Part shown: positions 1 through 13,752 of the stretch, in pieces | Position numbering within the stretch: position 1 is the first letter of the stretch | Layout of the letters: the number at the start of each line of letters is the position of its first letter | NCBI RefSeq assembly: GCF_011386835.1 | Contig: NC_088791.1 | Location: 187,302,001 to 187,366,000 of the forward strand | Direction: 5' to 3' | DNA length: 64,000 nucleotides | Source of the DNA: Chrysemys picta bellii | Lineage: Eukaryota | Program-made: the position numbers and the translations under genes | Notes under the pieces: generated by a model | The model's database searches: none | What the model was told of the DNA's origin: nothing | Seen by the model: the letters and a program-made list of their open reading frames with translations, nothing else

Positions 1-2468
1 CTGACTTTCAAGAAAGGGTGGCCAGTGGGTGAATTATTTCTAATGTTGCAATGGGCCCAGTTATGGGCGAGTTGGCCTGTTCACTTGGCCTTAGGTATAA
101 TTAACAATTTAGCTTAATTACAACCTAACTTCTTGAAACTATAGCCTAGTCACAAAATTTCAGTGAGTTTTCAGACTTCCCACACAGTTAGGAGTCTGTA
201 TTATTCTATCATTCAGGGTAAATGAAGGACCCATTTTAAAATGAAATCAAATTAACTAACCAAGCTGTTTATGAATTCTTGGAATATTAATTTTGTACTC
301 AAAGGGTGAGTGCAGTAATTTTGAAGAAAATATACTGTATTTCTCAACCTTAACAATGGAGCTGTGACTGGTGCCTCCATAATAATTTTATTTACTTTAA
401 TTTTAATACACAAGAGGTGTGTTAGATCTGTAGCCTCTTTTGGGCTATTGGTATCTTGACAAACCATTAAAAACACAACCCATAGCAACTACAGCAGCAT
501 TACATGCAATAGCCAGTTCTACCCACACTAAGAATAACCCCTGCCACCCTCCAAATCGCAGTGATCACAAGGCCCTTCAAACCCCAGCTCTCCCCAAATG
601 TCCATGCAAATAGATGATCTTGCAAGTGTGCCACAAAGTATCACATAGTTGGTCTGTTCTGGGTGTATGTGAGGAATAGAGCATAGGTTAAAATATGGCC
701 AGATAACAGGAGATCACATGTTAGCTTAAATGATTGAAAAGTCCCATCAAGATGTAGGCTAACTCAACTGAGCTAACACGACTGAAAATCATGCTCTTAT
801 TGCCAGTCAAGACAGATCCCGAAGGTATGGGAAGCTCAAGTCGCTTCCTCCAGTGATCACAACTGCAGCATTATTGTAGTATTTTGGGGAAACAATTTTA
901 CTGTACACTTTAAAAAAAATTACGTATGGCACAAAATTACTGATGGCCAAATCCTTTCCATGCTGAACTCCCATGAACTATGTTGGGAGTTCTGCATATG
1001 CAATGCTTGCATAATTTCTCATATTTGTAAATTCCTGTGCTAAAAGTGCTCATGCAGTTCCCTGGTGTAGCACATTATGTGGGTGAGAGTATGAAAAGGA
1101 CCATTTTGGAAGCTGAATATAAATATGTTTGCATAAACAAATTCCTAAGACTTTAACTCATTCTCTCCCAATGCTGTCTGTCTAAAATTCAGGCTTCCAA
1201 AACTATTTACGTGGCATCAAAAGGAAAAATGAGAACAGATACCCAAATTATGGTATAGATACATTGCTTCTTTGGACTATGCTTTATAACCTCCTCCTGA
1301 ACAAAGGAAGGGTCCAATTCTTCAGTCCTTAAAGATGCACAACTTGGATTGACTAATGAGAGTCTCTGGGTGCTCAGAACTTTTGAAAATCAGGTCATTT
1401 ATTTATACGCCTTCATATGGACTTAGGTTCCTAACTTTAGGCCTCCATTTAAAAAAAATCTTTTCCATTTAGTCTTGCACTGTCATGCTGCACAGCATAA
1501 GACATCTATAGCCATATAATATGTATGAATTAGTGCTGGCTGGCAGGCTGGCTTTCTTCACAAATGCACTCTGAAACAAACTAAATCCAGATTTGCTAAG
1601 CTCTCCTTGTTACGAAATTTTGTTACATTAATATGGAATAGTATTCATGTTATTATTATACAAATCACATGTTGTAACAATTGAAACAATATTATTCCCT
1701 ATTTATATACACACACAAGTATGCGGTTAGCAAGTCCAATTTATTTAAGATCTAGAGAAAAGACTTCATGATTGCTAACGTATGTATAAGTGTGAGCTTC
1801 CTAAGCATGTGTTGATTTATTTCCTGTAACTTTAGTAAAACCATGCATTTTTTATTAAATTCAAAATTTATGGTCTTGAACTTCTCCCATTAGAGTCAAT
1901 ATCGTAAGTCCTATGTGTTCCTTCATGAGCCAGATAAGAAATGAATCACTCTATATTTAAGAAATGAATCACACGACAGTTCTCCTCTTGTTTCTTATGA
2001 AATGTACATACAAGGAATTATGGTTGTCTAAAATGGATTATACAATCTTTGCTTTGTGAGATTTTTCAAAGCTTCCTCTTAATACAGTTCATAAATAGAA
2101 CAGAAGTGATGGTCATGGTTCCATTGTTAAGAGTTAGTTGTGTTTTGTACATACATCAAGGATACAAACATTGTGTTACATATGAAGATTATAGTGTAGC
2201 CCCATCAAAATTAAAGCAACTATGTTTTGAGTGCAGAATGTATTTTCTGAGTAGTCACAAGTTAACTGATTAGTTTTTGAGTTAAAGTTAATTTTAAATA
2301 GGTTCTTCAGAAGTTTAGCAAACTGCATCAGATCTTTTTTTTTAAAAATCTTGAATTATCAGCAGAGTAATACACACTCTTCAAATTTTCCATATAATAA
2401 AACTCACTGAAATTTTGGCTATATTTGAAGATTTCCCCCTCCCCCCAGGATTAAGTCATATTTTGCCA

Positions 2469-2583
2469 AAAGCAACAGAGGGTCCTGTGGCACCTTTGAG
2501 ACTAACAGAAGTCTGTTAGTCTCAAAGGTGCCACAGGACCCTCTGTTGCTTTTTACAGATTCAGACTAACACGGCTACCCCTC
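2469..2583 (+). mobile_element. Penelope-like element (PLE) remnant: perfect 42-bp-arm palindrome plus 3' tail
   Basis: Arms 2468-2509 and 2512-2553 are exact reverse complements with a 2-nt loop, followed by the tail CAGACTAACACGGCT. A 13-bp direct repeat TCATATTTTGCCA flanks it (2456-2468 and 2584-2596). Arm and tail resemble the element at 33009-33233. PLE assignment is from recognition, not a search. Confidence 0.75.
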
Positions 2584-3123
2584 TCATATTTTGCCATTAT
2601 TCTTCATAATTGAAAGTCTCTTCACAAGAGACTGATGAATAATGGTCTTCTACACACAGTTCCATGAAGAATGGTTCTTTCAAAATTGGAGCCATTGTCC
2701 TATTGTTCTCAGTGAAATTGAGGCCACAGGTGCCCACATTTAAAGTGTTTTTTTTCCCCCCAAAATGGCCAGTGATTCTCTTTTTTCCCAAATGGGAGTA
2801 AAGCCAAGCTGCCCTCAAGGAAGACAGGGACCTCTTGGCAGAATAGTGGGAGCATATGACAGAGCAAGTTGGATGAAATTTGGAAATATGCTGCTTTTCA
2901 ATACATACTGGAGATAGAAGCGAGTGCCTTATGGAGGATTTGAATGTCTAAAACCCTTTTGTTGCACAATGTGAAGCTGGCAAAGAATGCTGAAGACAAC
3001 ATTCCCCTTTGCTGGTTATATTCATGCTTACAAGACTTTGAGTAGTCCTAACTTTAACCTTAACTGTCACTAAACCTAGTTTTTGTTATCTGAATATCTA
3101 ATTCTTTGGGCTTCCACACATTA

Positions 3124-3205
3124 GGCCAGAACCTCAGCTGGTGTGAATCAGCACAGCTCCATTGAAGCCAATGCAGCTACGTAGATTTATACCGCCTGAG
3201 GATAT
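3124..3205. mobile_element. Short palindromic MITE-like repeat (GGCCAGA...CTGAGGAT type)
   Basis: Imperfect ~80-bp self-complementary unit (CCTCAGCTGGTGTGAATC...GATTTATACCGCCTGAGG). Similar degenerate units recur throughout the window. Confidence 0.55.
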
Positions 3206-5346
3206 AACTCACTTTTAAAACCATTTAATTTATAATATGCGTATATAAAATGTCACACACATTACAAATAGAGTGTTGCTGCCCACGATAAATTGCATTT
3301 ATCATCTATTCTGGCCTCTCTCATACACTCAGCTCTTTAAATTACATCCTCCATCTTCAAACAGCTGCCATTTAAAAAAAATGGCTTGAAAAAAAAAATT
3401 CTCTCCTCCACTCCAAAAGATGCTGATAGAATTATGTTGGCACAAGACTGAGGAAAGGCAATATTCTGATTTAAAGTCTAGTATATCAAAAGGCACCCCC
3501 CCCTTCAGAGATAGAATCAGAAGCCATACACCATTAGAAAGCCAGAAGTCCACCCCTCAATCTATAGGATATAAGACATTTGGGATCAGTCCATCTCCCA
3601 CTAAAGTTCACTGCAGTTTTGTCATGGATGTCAGTGGGTATCGATACACAAGTTTTTTTCCAGACCTGGCAGACCACAAAACATCAGATATTAAAATATG
3701 ACATTTTTTATAGAACACAGTTGGCTTACGTAATTTTTAGATACTTCTACTACTATATATTATCACTTCTCTCTCCTTTTGAGGTGTTTATGACTGGTCT
3801 CATAACACACAGGGCATATGGTATTAAAGGCAAGAGAATACCATAGATTGCATCAATAAATGCTTTAACAAGCTTAAAGAAGTGACATGGAATCTGTATG
3901 ATATATATGGCGGATAGCATATCTGGATGTTTTTGTCTGAAGTTACACTGGCCCTTATTTACAATGCTCTGCATAATACACTCATGCATAATGTGGACGT
4001 CCCAATGAATACCAATAGTACCTTGATACCATAACACAATAAGGCAGCTTACTCATTCCGTTTTTCCAAAGTAATGTTTGATACCCTTCTAAATTGCCCT
4101 CCCTCCAGACTATCAGGAATATATGCAGAAATTAAGACCAGTCCAACCAGAAAGTATATTCTGGCATTATTTCCTGAAGGCTGAAGTGACCTTATACATG
4201 GATATCACTTATTTTCATTTTCATATATGTACAGTCAGCTCTAGTGGCTCAGTTTTTGTTTGGGCTTACAGTGCCAAGTTTAGCTTGGCTCTGCATCCAA
4301 AGTTTCTGGTTTACCAGAGCCTAATGGTAGCCTTTGCATGCAAACTGCCCATATAAAGAAAATTTGAATGAACAAAAATGTAGAATCTTTTATGTGTCAC
4401 TAATATTTCCTTTGGTTGAGAAATGAAGAAGACATTTAATATTATGTTTCATAAAAAAGTAAGTCTAGAAATATGACAGCATGCAAAATACTGGGGGTGG
4501 GGGTGGGAAATCACACAAAGAACCCAAACAGCATACGTAGCATTTTACAGGTATTCCTATTACTTCTGATCTTGGGCCCTGATTCTGCTAGCTGCTCTGC
4601 AGAGCCAAATACCTGTACCTTGAGAGAGTCCTGCTGAAATAAATGGGGCACCATACAAGTGCAGGAGTCTGCCCACACAGATCAGATTACAAGAGTGGGG
4701 ACTTGGTTGGAAGATGATCAAAAAGAGAATCTTGCAGATGATGCCAATGAATAGAAAGACCTTGCTTTCACTGAAGTTGAGAAGCAATCCTTGAATTTCA
4801 TTTGGCAGCACCTTGACAGATATATACACTATTTCAAGTGTAACGTCTCCCAGTGGAAACCAGTTCATTAATATTCAAAAAGCTTGTTCCTGCTTGGGTT
4901 CATAGAATATATTCTCCTATTAGAGTAATTTCCCCATTTCCAAACAAATATCTACAGATATTTTGACAAACTTATTCTTTTGTAATGATTATATTTTAAA
5001 TGATTACCAATTCATGGTATCACATCATATAGTTTACTCATTTTATTGCATGTATTCCACTAACCTCCTTTTTGGCATGAAGAAGTTTCACCAGATCCAA
5101 AACAAGGCTTGTGCTCAGAAGACGGCCGTCACAAGGTTGCAGCAATGTTAGCTGCAGTTTAGCCTGCACCACATTTGCTTTTGTGCTGTACTCCACTAAA
5201 GGATTGATTTTATCTTGGGCTCCATGACCATCCAGACCGAAATACTGCATCTCACACTATGTGTGAGCTAGGTTCTGGCCACACAGAAGAAAAGAGTGTT
5301 GTGGATATTCTTTTCTGGGACAAGCAAACAGGCAGAAGCAGAGAAT

Positions 5347-5500
5347 GAACATAAGAATGGCCAAACTGGATCAGACCAAAGGTCGATCTAGCCCAGTATC
5401 CTGTCTTCTGACAGTGGCCAATGCCAGGTGCCCCAGAGGGAATGAACAGAACAGTTAATCATCAAGTGATCCATCCCCTGTCCCCCATTCCCAGCTTCTG
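5347..5500 (-). mobile_element. CR1 LINE 3' end fragment
   Basis: Reverse complement of the 3' UTR and tail at 9830-9944 (...GACCCAGTATGGCCATTCTTATGTTC). Close match to 45761-45906. Confidence 0.8.
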
Positions 5501-6859
5501 CAATGGGTGGAGCCTTGGCCCTGTGTCCTCAATGCATTGGTGGACATAGCTGATGGAGCACAGGGGATAGATCAGCGATATACTACTTCCCTCATGGGAG
5601 AAAAGGTAGGAAATAGCAGCTCCCTGAGACTATTATTTCCACAGAATACTCTTTCGATGCACAGAAACTTGCCACCTCTTGATTTGGGTTATGTCCTAAC
5701 AAGACATTCTAACCCTAAGGCAACCATTGGCTAAATTTCACAAGTACACTTGAACTTTTGGGTTTGTCATCAAAAATCATTGCTGCAGAGGTTCTCCACC
5801 AACTCTGCAATTATCAGATTGCATTTTTCCATTGATCCATTGCCATAGTTAACAAGTCACAGCTTTCATTTTTATGAAGTATACTAGAGAAAGAAATTTA
5901 CAGATTTTCTGTGCAGTTGATTTAGCTGACTGGGAGAATCTCTCATGGATGTAGAGGTATTCTGCCGCAAGACATTAATTGACAGATAATTACGTGAAGG
6001 CCATATTCTACAAGCTGTGGTTTTAATGTTTCTAAAACAATAGACTAAGAAGTAGCTAGTTTGTGGTCTTGGCAGATAAACAGATGACGATATATGATTA
6101 AATACTTTCCTCAGACAATGCTGCATCCACATTTCAGATCCTTTACAAAGGTCAGCTTCCTGCCCAATATTGCTGCTTATAAATGCTGTTGTTTATTTAT
6201 ATTACAAAACTATTATACAAATATAAATCAGAAACACTGCCTGACTTTGAGGCTATCAGGCATCTGTTTTACCAAAATTAAATGTACTTTCTTTTGACAA
6301 TATATTTGTACCTAAGACTGCAAAACTTCAGCACAAGACTCCTGTAAACAACCATAGAGCAAGAGATATACAAATCAGACAAGGAGTGGTAGATATTTAA
6401 TATGATCAGGGAGAGGAGGTTTCCAAGACATTTCCCCCAAGTTCAGGTCTACAAGGCCTAGGCCTCTCCATTTTTATTTTATTTATTTGTGTGGGTTTTT
6501 TTTTTTTTTTTTTTTTAGGATTATGAGGGGAAAATTTTTCCCCTTCTTTCATTATAGCTTGCAGAAATTTGTCTTTTCACTGAATAAATTCAGATTTTCC
6601 TGTTGCTCTGATTGCTGATGCTTTTTATAGTTAGCTCACCATCTTTAGAACTTAATGTTTTGTTTCCATTCTTATTTTACCTTGTCTCTTTTCTTATCCA
6701 AAAGCCCTGCGGTCTAGTATTAGCTCAGTTAACACTTATTGTATTCCTTCCTTAGCAATCTTCAGCATTTTCCAACTTTTACTTATAATGAAAGCTGGGT
6801 GACTATTGAAAAAAATATGTTTCTATCCAGAAATAAAAATGAATGCTCTCCAACCATGT

Positions 6860-7762
6860 TCATAGAAATCATAGAAATGTAGGAGTGGAAGGGACCTTAT
6901 TGGATCATCTAATCCAGTCCCCTGCACTGAGGCAGGACCAAGTATTATCTAAACCAGTATTACATTGCAACAGTATTACACTTTTGAATCATATTTAGTT
7001 TCTGATCCACTATAAGCCCCAGATCCTTTTCAGCAGTACGACTGCCTAGGCAGTCATTTCCCATTTTGCCTTTGTGCAACTGACTATTCCTTTCTAAGTG
7101 TAGTACTTTGCATTTGTCCTTACTGAATTTCATCCTATTTATTTCAGGCTATTTCTCCAGTTTGTCAAGGTCATTTTGAATTCTAATCTGGTCCTCTAAC
7201 GTGCTTGTCCACTCAGCTTTGTATCATCTGCAGTCTTTAAATGCACTCTCCATGCTATTATCCAAAACATTTATGAAGATATTGAATATAACCAGATCCA
7301 GAACAGATCCCTGTGGGACTCCACTCCATATGCCTTTGCAGCTTGACTGTTAACCATTGATCACTACTCTCTGAGTATGGTATTTCAACCAATTGTGCCC
7401 CCACCTTATAGTAAGTTTGTCTAGGCTATATTTTCCAAGTTTGTTTATGTGGTCATGTGACAGAATATCAAAAGGCTTACTAAAGTCAAGATCTATCACA
7501 TCTATGCTTCCAACCTATTCTCAAGGCTTGTTACCCTTCAAAGAAGGATATTAAGTTGGTTTGACATGATTGGTTCTTGACAAATTCATGTTGACTGTTC
7601 CTTATCACCTTATCTTTTAGGTACTTAAAAACTGATTGTTTGATTATTTACTCCCTTATCTTTCCGGGTACCAAAGTGAAGGTGACTGGTTTAGAATTCC
7701 TTGGGTGGGTCTTATTTCCCTTTTCATGGATAGGTACTATATTTGTCCTTTACCAGTCCTTC
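6860..7762 (-). mobile_element. CR1 LINE, 5'-truncated and internally deleted
   Basis: Starts with the reverse complement of a CR1 octamer-like tail (TCATAGAAATCATAGAA) and 3' UTR, then continues into decayed ORF2-like sequence. Confidence 0.75.
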
Positions 7763-8461
7763 AGTCCTGTGTCTTTTGTGTCTTCTTCCAACTAATATTT
7801 GATTACCACGTTTTACTTAGTCAAATACTTATGTAAAGCAAATTTTAAGTTCTCATGCTTGAATACTTAGTTTATGAGCCAAATTCAGAAGAGATGTGTA
7901 AGATAGACTTCCTTATGCTAATAGAACCTTGTTATAGATTTGGTTAGACTGAGACTCCCTTAGATCTACTTATACCCATTCTACCCCTGTATAAGGAAAT
8001 CCAAATCAGTGTAATTAACACACCAATGAGCTGGATGATGCAAGCAGAAGGAAGTTGCTTTTCTTGCTACATTCTTCTCTTCTAGCGCTTTGACATGCGA
8101 GTCAAATCAACATTAACTCCTTTAGATTAAGTGGGTCACATTCAGAGGAGGTCTGTAAATGGTGGCGGTGGGCTGTCAGTTATATGTTGGTAAATGGATG
8201 AGTCTAAGTGAGTCAGTCTAAGGGAGTCTAGAAGGAGTTTAATCTGCCACACCCAACTTTTCTTCCACACAGATCTGTTGCTCAAATTGAACAGGAAGCA
8301 AAAATAAAAATGCTCCTTCCTCCTCCTAAAACTCCCTTACGTGCTACTAACCTTCCCTAGTGACCCTCCCCACCAAGTGCTGAAACAGTCTGCCACCCAT
8401 CTTCCTGGGCAGGAGGAGAAGCAAGACAGGGATCAGAACTTCTAGACTGAGATTTCATGAG

Positions 8462-8462
<1 letters not shown>

Positions 8463-8506
<44 letters not shown>
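8463..8506. repeat. (CA)22 microsatellite
   Basis: Uninterrupted CA run read directly. Confidence 0.97.
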
Positions 8507-8508
<2 letters not shown>

Positions 8509-9319
8509 CAGTGCACAAGAATTGGGGGCAGGAATAAATCTCATACATGACAGAGTCGAAAAGCTGAGTACGAGACAGAAATATAGGGGGAAGCTGTGCA
8601 TATGAGTTGATAATTAGGGAAAGGAGTCTGCATCTCTTTGTGAACAGGGAAGGGAACCTAAAGCCATGTGTTTAAGGATACGGGTGGAAGAAAAGCTGTA
8701 TATGTGGGTGGGTAGGTATTTATATGTGTGCATAGATGAACTTTATTGTGGAGGAGCTTTTCTCAGGAACCCTGCATGTATGTTTATGAGCTCTGACATG
8801 GGGCAAGGCAGTATGTGGGTGATTTTTTAGGGGGCGGCGGGACAGAAGGCTGTAGTTTGCGCAAGTTTGATTTTGTGTGGGGGGAGATTAAAAGTAAGAC
8901 TGTACAAGAGGCATGGAGAGTTCTGAGAGATTAGGAGTGGAAAACAAGAGAGGAAAGTAATAGAAGGGAGAGAATGATGTAGAGAAAGGAAGGAGAGAAC
9001 AGAAAAAAGGAGTTTATGAAATAGCATGAAGGTGGAAGGAAAGATAGGAACAGCTATTCCATATTATAAAAAGGGAATACAAAAAAAAAAAAAGCTTTCA
9101 TTAAACATCCAGATCTTTTGAGGTTTGACCATCAATGGCTTATTTGTATAATTTTTTTCCAAATCTAGATGATACTTTCAGTCCGTTGTAAAAGCTGAGA
9201 CTTGCTGAAAAGTATTTGACTGGAGGATGGATAAAAGGGGAAATGAGTATGAAATCACTCTAAGGATTTAACAACATACTTCTCACCACATATATTTAAA
9301 TGTACATCAACTTTCTGGG

Positions 9320-9944
9320 TATATCATCGTGCCACTATATAAATGCATGGTAGGCCCAAAGCCTGAATACCATATGCAATTCTGGTCACCCTGTCTCAAA
9401 AACTAGATATTAGAATAATAAAAAGTACAGAAATGGGTATCAAAAGTGATTAGAGGTATGGAATAGCTTCCATAGGAGGAGAGATTAAAGAGATGAGTAA
9501 GAGGGGAAGTGATAGAAGTCTATAAAATCATGAGTGCTGTGGGGAGAATGAATAGGGAACTGTTATATACCACTTCAAATAAACACAAGAACCAAGGGTC
9601 ACCCAATGAAATTAATAGGCAACAGATCTAAAACAAACATCAGAAAGTACTTCTTCACACAAATGCACAGTCAACCTGTGGAACTCATTGCCAGAGGATG
9701 CTGTGAAGGCCAAAAGTATAACTGGGTCCAAAAAAGCATTAGATAAGTTCATGCAAGACAGGTCCATGAATGGCTATTATGCTCTGGGTGTCCCTAAGCG
9801 ACTGCCAGAAGCTGGGACTGGACGACAGGGGATGGGTCACTCGATAAAGTACTCTGTTCTGTTTCGTTCTTTGAAGCATCTGACACTGGCTACCAGGATA
9901 GATGGATCATTGGTGTGACCCAGTATGGCCATTCTTATGTTCTT
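9320..9944 (+). mobile_element. CR1 LINE 3' part (ORF2 C-terminus and 3' UTR), decayed
   Basis: CR1-like ORF2 end (CAATTCTGGTCACC, CACAGTCAACCTGTGGAACTCATTGCCAGAGGATG) and terminal TTCTTATGTTCTT. Confidence 0.8.
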
Positions 9945-10462
9945 AAGAGTCTAAAATCTTGAATGAATGAGTGAAGTCTAAAACCATTTGGAAAGCTGTC
10001 AGTCAAGTTGCAGTCATTTGTACATTATCGCTATGTTTCCTCACAAACAGAAGAAAACCTAAGCATAAACTTGTTAGGTGGTTCTATTTAGGACCGCTCA
10101 AATCCAAGACACTTCAAAAGCATCAGTGCAATTTTGTTACAAAGTTTCCTCAAGGATTCTATGGACCTACCATATAGCAGAAATTGTTGTTTCAGAGACA
10201 CAAAATGACACATGTGCAGTACTTTGGGAAAAATCAAAATAAAATGTTAGACACTAAATAGACCAGTATAACTGTAAAAGTCACATGATAAAAATATCTG
10301 AAGTCCTGCATATTTATATCCAAAGAAAGCTTCAAACTCATTTTTCTAGTTATTCTTTAAAGTAATTTCATTGTACAAAGTTGTCTATTACATAAAACAT
10401 TTGGATCCTTGGAAAAGTGATCTGTTAAATCTAAAATAAAGTGAAACCACACACATCACTTT

Positions 10463-10532
10463 ATAAAGATATTAGCTCACCCACCTTGTCTCTCAAATAT
10501 CCTGGGACCAACATGGCTGCAACAAAACTGCA
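10463..10532 (+). mobile_element. PLE family B 3' tail fragment
   Basis: GATATTAGCTCACCCACCTTGTCTCTCAAATATCCTGGGACCAACATGGCTGC matches the right arm and tail at 22019-22075. Confidence 0.55.
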
Positions 10533-10968
10533 CATAAAAATGGAAGATACAGAATTTTGCAGTCTTAAATTAACCCTGCTATTTTGGTTAAATTTTAGTT
10601 AGGGTATTTATTACCTACAGATAAGATACTTTCCCTTGCACTTTCAGCTAGATACCTTCTTGACTTCAGATATGAAGCAGTTTTACTGTTTTGCTTTTAA
10701 ACAGTTGTTATGTTTTTAATTCCCACATTAATAGTCAAATTGTACAGTACTGTAGGACCCCACTTGATGATATAGGTATCATTACCACTTCTCCTTCACT
10801 GGGATTCCACCAAAAGACAATCAGCTGGTGATTTAAGCCTTCATTCAATTTATTCAGAGACTGAGGCCTTGAAGAAGCAATCTGTGTTAACATGGCTCTC
10901 ACTCATCTCTTACTAGCATTTCCTGAAAAGGGGAACTTACTATGCTCTCTGGAAGCATGGCTACTCAT

Positions 10969-11033
10969 GGGCCTGATCCAATGACCTCAACAGAGAGGTT
11001 CCCATGACTTTCAAATGGCTTTGGATCAGGCCC
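10969..11033. mobile_element. 65-bp MITE-like element with perfect 12-bp TIR
   Basis: GGGCCTGATCCA (10969-10980) and TGGATCAGGCCC (11022-11033) are exact reverse complements. Confidence 0.65.
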
Positions 11034-11104
11034 TGGAAAAGTTTGCCTCAGATCTCTGTAATCAAGGATGGACTCCCTGTGGCAGTACACAGTGTAAGCA
11101 GATA

Positions 11105-11401
11105 GTTTGTCTACTTTCTTTAATTGTATAATAGTAGCTATAGGAGACTCTCTCCATTCGCCTGTGATCTAATATTGGATATGTCAAAAAATAACAGTGA
11201 AGCTGCATTGGCAAAGACCTTGGTCCAGACTAGGAATCCAAGTACCTACCATGGTTCCGGGTGGGCTTGTACAGCCTGTGTTGAAGCCCATTTCATCATA
11301 GCTTCCCTGCTATTTTGAAGCTGTGCTAGCTAGATTAAAGCTAGCATAGGTCTGTCTCTCTGAGCTGCAAGCACACTTTCAATTGCAGTGTAGAAATACC
11401 C
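11105..11401. mobile_element. Degenerate MITE of the GGGTATRTCTACAC family
   Basis: Right end GCAGTGTAGAAATACCC matches the termini of 38114-38400. The left end is decayed, so that boundary is approximate. Confidence 0.4.
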
Positions 11402-13454
11402 ACAGAAACCTAATCACAAACCTAATTGTCTAGAACTGCAGCCGCAGGTCTCTCTCTCTCCCTCCCTCCCCCCCATACATTTGGCTGAAACACAATAGTT
11501 TGTGAATCCAGTCTGTCACGAGACTAGTTTATAGTGAAAAATGTCTCAGTCAGAGAGAGCTTACCAGTCCGAATTCAAAAACAAAGCTGCTAATTATTTC
11601 AAGAGAGGACCATTACAAGTTCCAGTTTGAGTAAATGTAAATCAGTTGGCGGCCTTTTAAACTGTGGTTATGCTAATTTAAAAGTGTAATTAGTTAACTG
11701 GGATAACATGACTGTCTAGGTGGGTTTCTAATCCTCATCACTTCTTTTAATTTATTTCAAGAGATTTGCTTTTTTTGGGCTCTGTTTATTGAAGCCAAAT
11801 GGAGAGAATGATTTCTAATAGGTGAAAAGGAATCTAAGCTAAATCTACCCATAATAATAACAATTTCTATTGCCTATACTTCCTTTGAATTTGCAAAGCG
11901 CCTAATATGGTTTACAGGAGTAGAATAGACCTGTGTGGTATTTTAAAATGTATTTATTTTCTCTAGAGTTATACAAAAGCAGAATGAAGGGATCAAATCA
12001 AGTCTCTAGATGACCCTGCCATAAATTACAAAAACAATTAAATAGCCCATGCAACAGAAAACTTACCCTCCAAAGTGGCCCACACAAATAGATACAATTT
12101 GAAGAGTGTCCTGAAGATTTATAGAATTGGGCTATTTTGGATTAATGGGAGTTTGTTCCAGACCAGGGGTCACTTTCTTGGCAAAACCCTGTTTTAAATT
12201 AAGGATGACCTAGTCCAAGTGTCTCTGCTGACTGCAGTTGTGGCAATGTAACAGAGGGAGAGAAGCAGTATACGAAGCAGAAAAATCATAGGCCATTCAT
12301 GACATTTAAAAGGCATTTTCATTGGGAAAACTACTCAAATTTTTATTTTCCAGTCTTATAGTTGGATCATACCTAATATTACCACTGGAAAGAGGCATAC
12401 CTTATATTAATTGCCCAGAAGGTTTTTTGTTAAATTATTCTGAAACAATTTGAGCCTCTCAAAAGAAAAGAAAACTGTTTTGCTGCCTCATATTTAGCTC
12501 CAATATGATACTATGAAAATTAGGACAGTCAGAAAACCAAAAAGTCTTGTTTAGGGTTAATCAAAACCCTCTGAAGCCAAGGTTCCAATGGGAAAGTACC
12601 AAAAAAGATTTCCTTCTAAGGCTATTTTGCATTTCTTCAATATCCAGGGGTTTGTGTGTTCTAGATTAGTTTATTTTTAGTGCCCTGAAATCAGAATGCT
12701 TTAAGCAGAAAATTAAATCAGAATTTAGTCAGCATTTTAAGATAAAACTTGAGTATCTTTTTCTCCCCAACTGTCTTTCTAATAATGCACCTTGTCATTA
12801 ATTGGCTTGTTACAAAATCCAGTGCCATATATAGGGTTGGAATTACCAAACCAAAAATGGCCAGGAGACTAGTTTGACAAGCAAGCAATCTTTATATTTT
12901 TAAATGCTATTCTGACAGTAAATGGTCAGTCTGCTGATTAGAATGAGCGGCAAAGGAAACAAAAGACTTTCCACAGTAATATTTTCACTACGCCAAAAAA
13001 TACTAGAGGGCCCTGAGATTTCCAATCATATGGTCTGACAAACACATTACTATGAACACAATTCTATTAAAGATAACATACAGAGATTCAGGTATGCTGA
13101 ATTAACTAAAAAAGAAAATGGTGCTAGAGATATTATAGAAATCCTGGCACGAATAAAGTTTTTCTTGTTACTCCATTCAGTAATGCAACTCATCCCTTAA
13201 AAATTGCAGATATAAATCTCTCCCTGTATTTTGTTAGTTTTAGTCATTAAGTCTTGTATCACTGTAGAGTAACAAAATAAGTTGCTTGCTACCACTATTT
13301 GGTACAGCAGACAACCTTTGCATCAGCCAGGAACTCCATTGTTATCTCCTCCCTTTTCTTACAGGGACTTGAAATTCAAAGCTCATACATTATTTATTTT
13401 TTTTAAACAAAAGCAATCATATCCTTCAACCGCTGACTTTATCGGGGCTTCCCA

Positions 13455-13752
13455 GTGGTTGGAAGCTGAAGCTAGACAAATTCAGACTAGAAATAAGGTG
13501 CACATTTTTAACAATGAGAGTAATTAATTAACCATCAGAATGACTAAGTGTTGTGGTAGATTCTCAGTCACTTGCAGTCTTGAAATCAAGACTGGATGCC
13601 TTTCTTAAAAGATATGATGTAGCTTAAGCAAAACTGATGGGCTTGATGCAGAAGTTAGTGGGTGGGGTTCCCTGGCCTATGTTATGCAGGAAGTCAGACT
13701 AGATAATCATAATGGTCCCTTCTGGCCTTAAAAATCTGCTAATTTATGAATC
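13455..13752 (+). mobile_element. CR1 LINE 3' end fragment
   Basis: GAAGCTAGACAAATTCAGACTAGAAATAAGG...GTCAGACTAGATAATCATAATGGTCCCTTCTGGCCTT. The terminal motif is shared with 35330-35388. Confidence 0.75.

Noticed and set aside
3620-3665. Minus-strand peptide GKKLVYRY resembling the end of an ETS domain
   Set aside because: Only 8 residues, with no upstream ETS helices in any frame.
8190-8235. AP-1 site TGAGTCA with short AGTCTAAG repeats as an enhancer (another TGAGTCA near 14905)
   Set aside because: A 7-mer is expected several times by chance in 64 kb, and there is no independent support.
8357-8548. ORF with a CVCVCV repeat
   Set aside because: It is simply the translation of the (CA)22 microsatellite.
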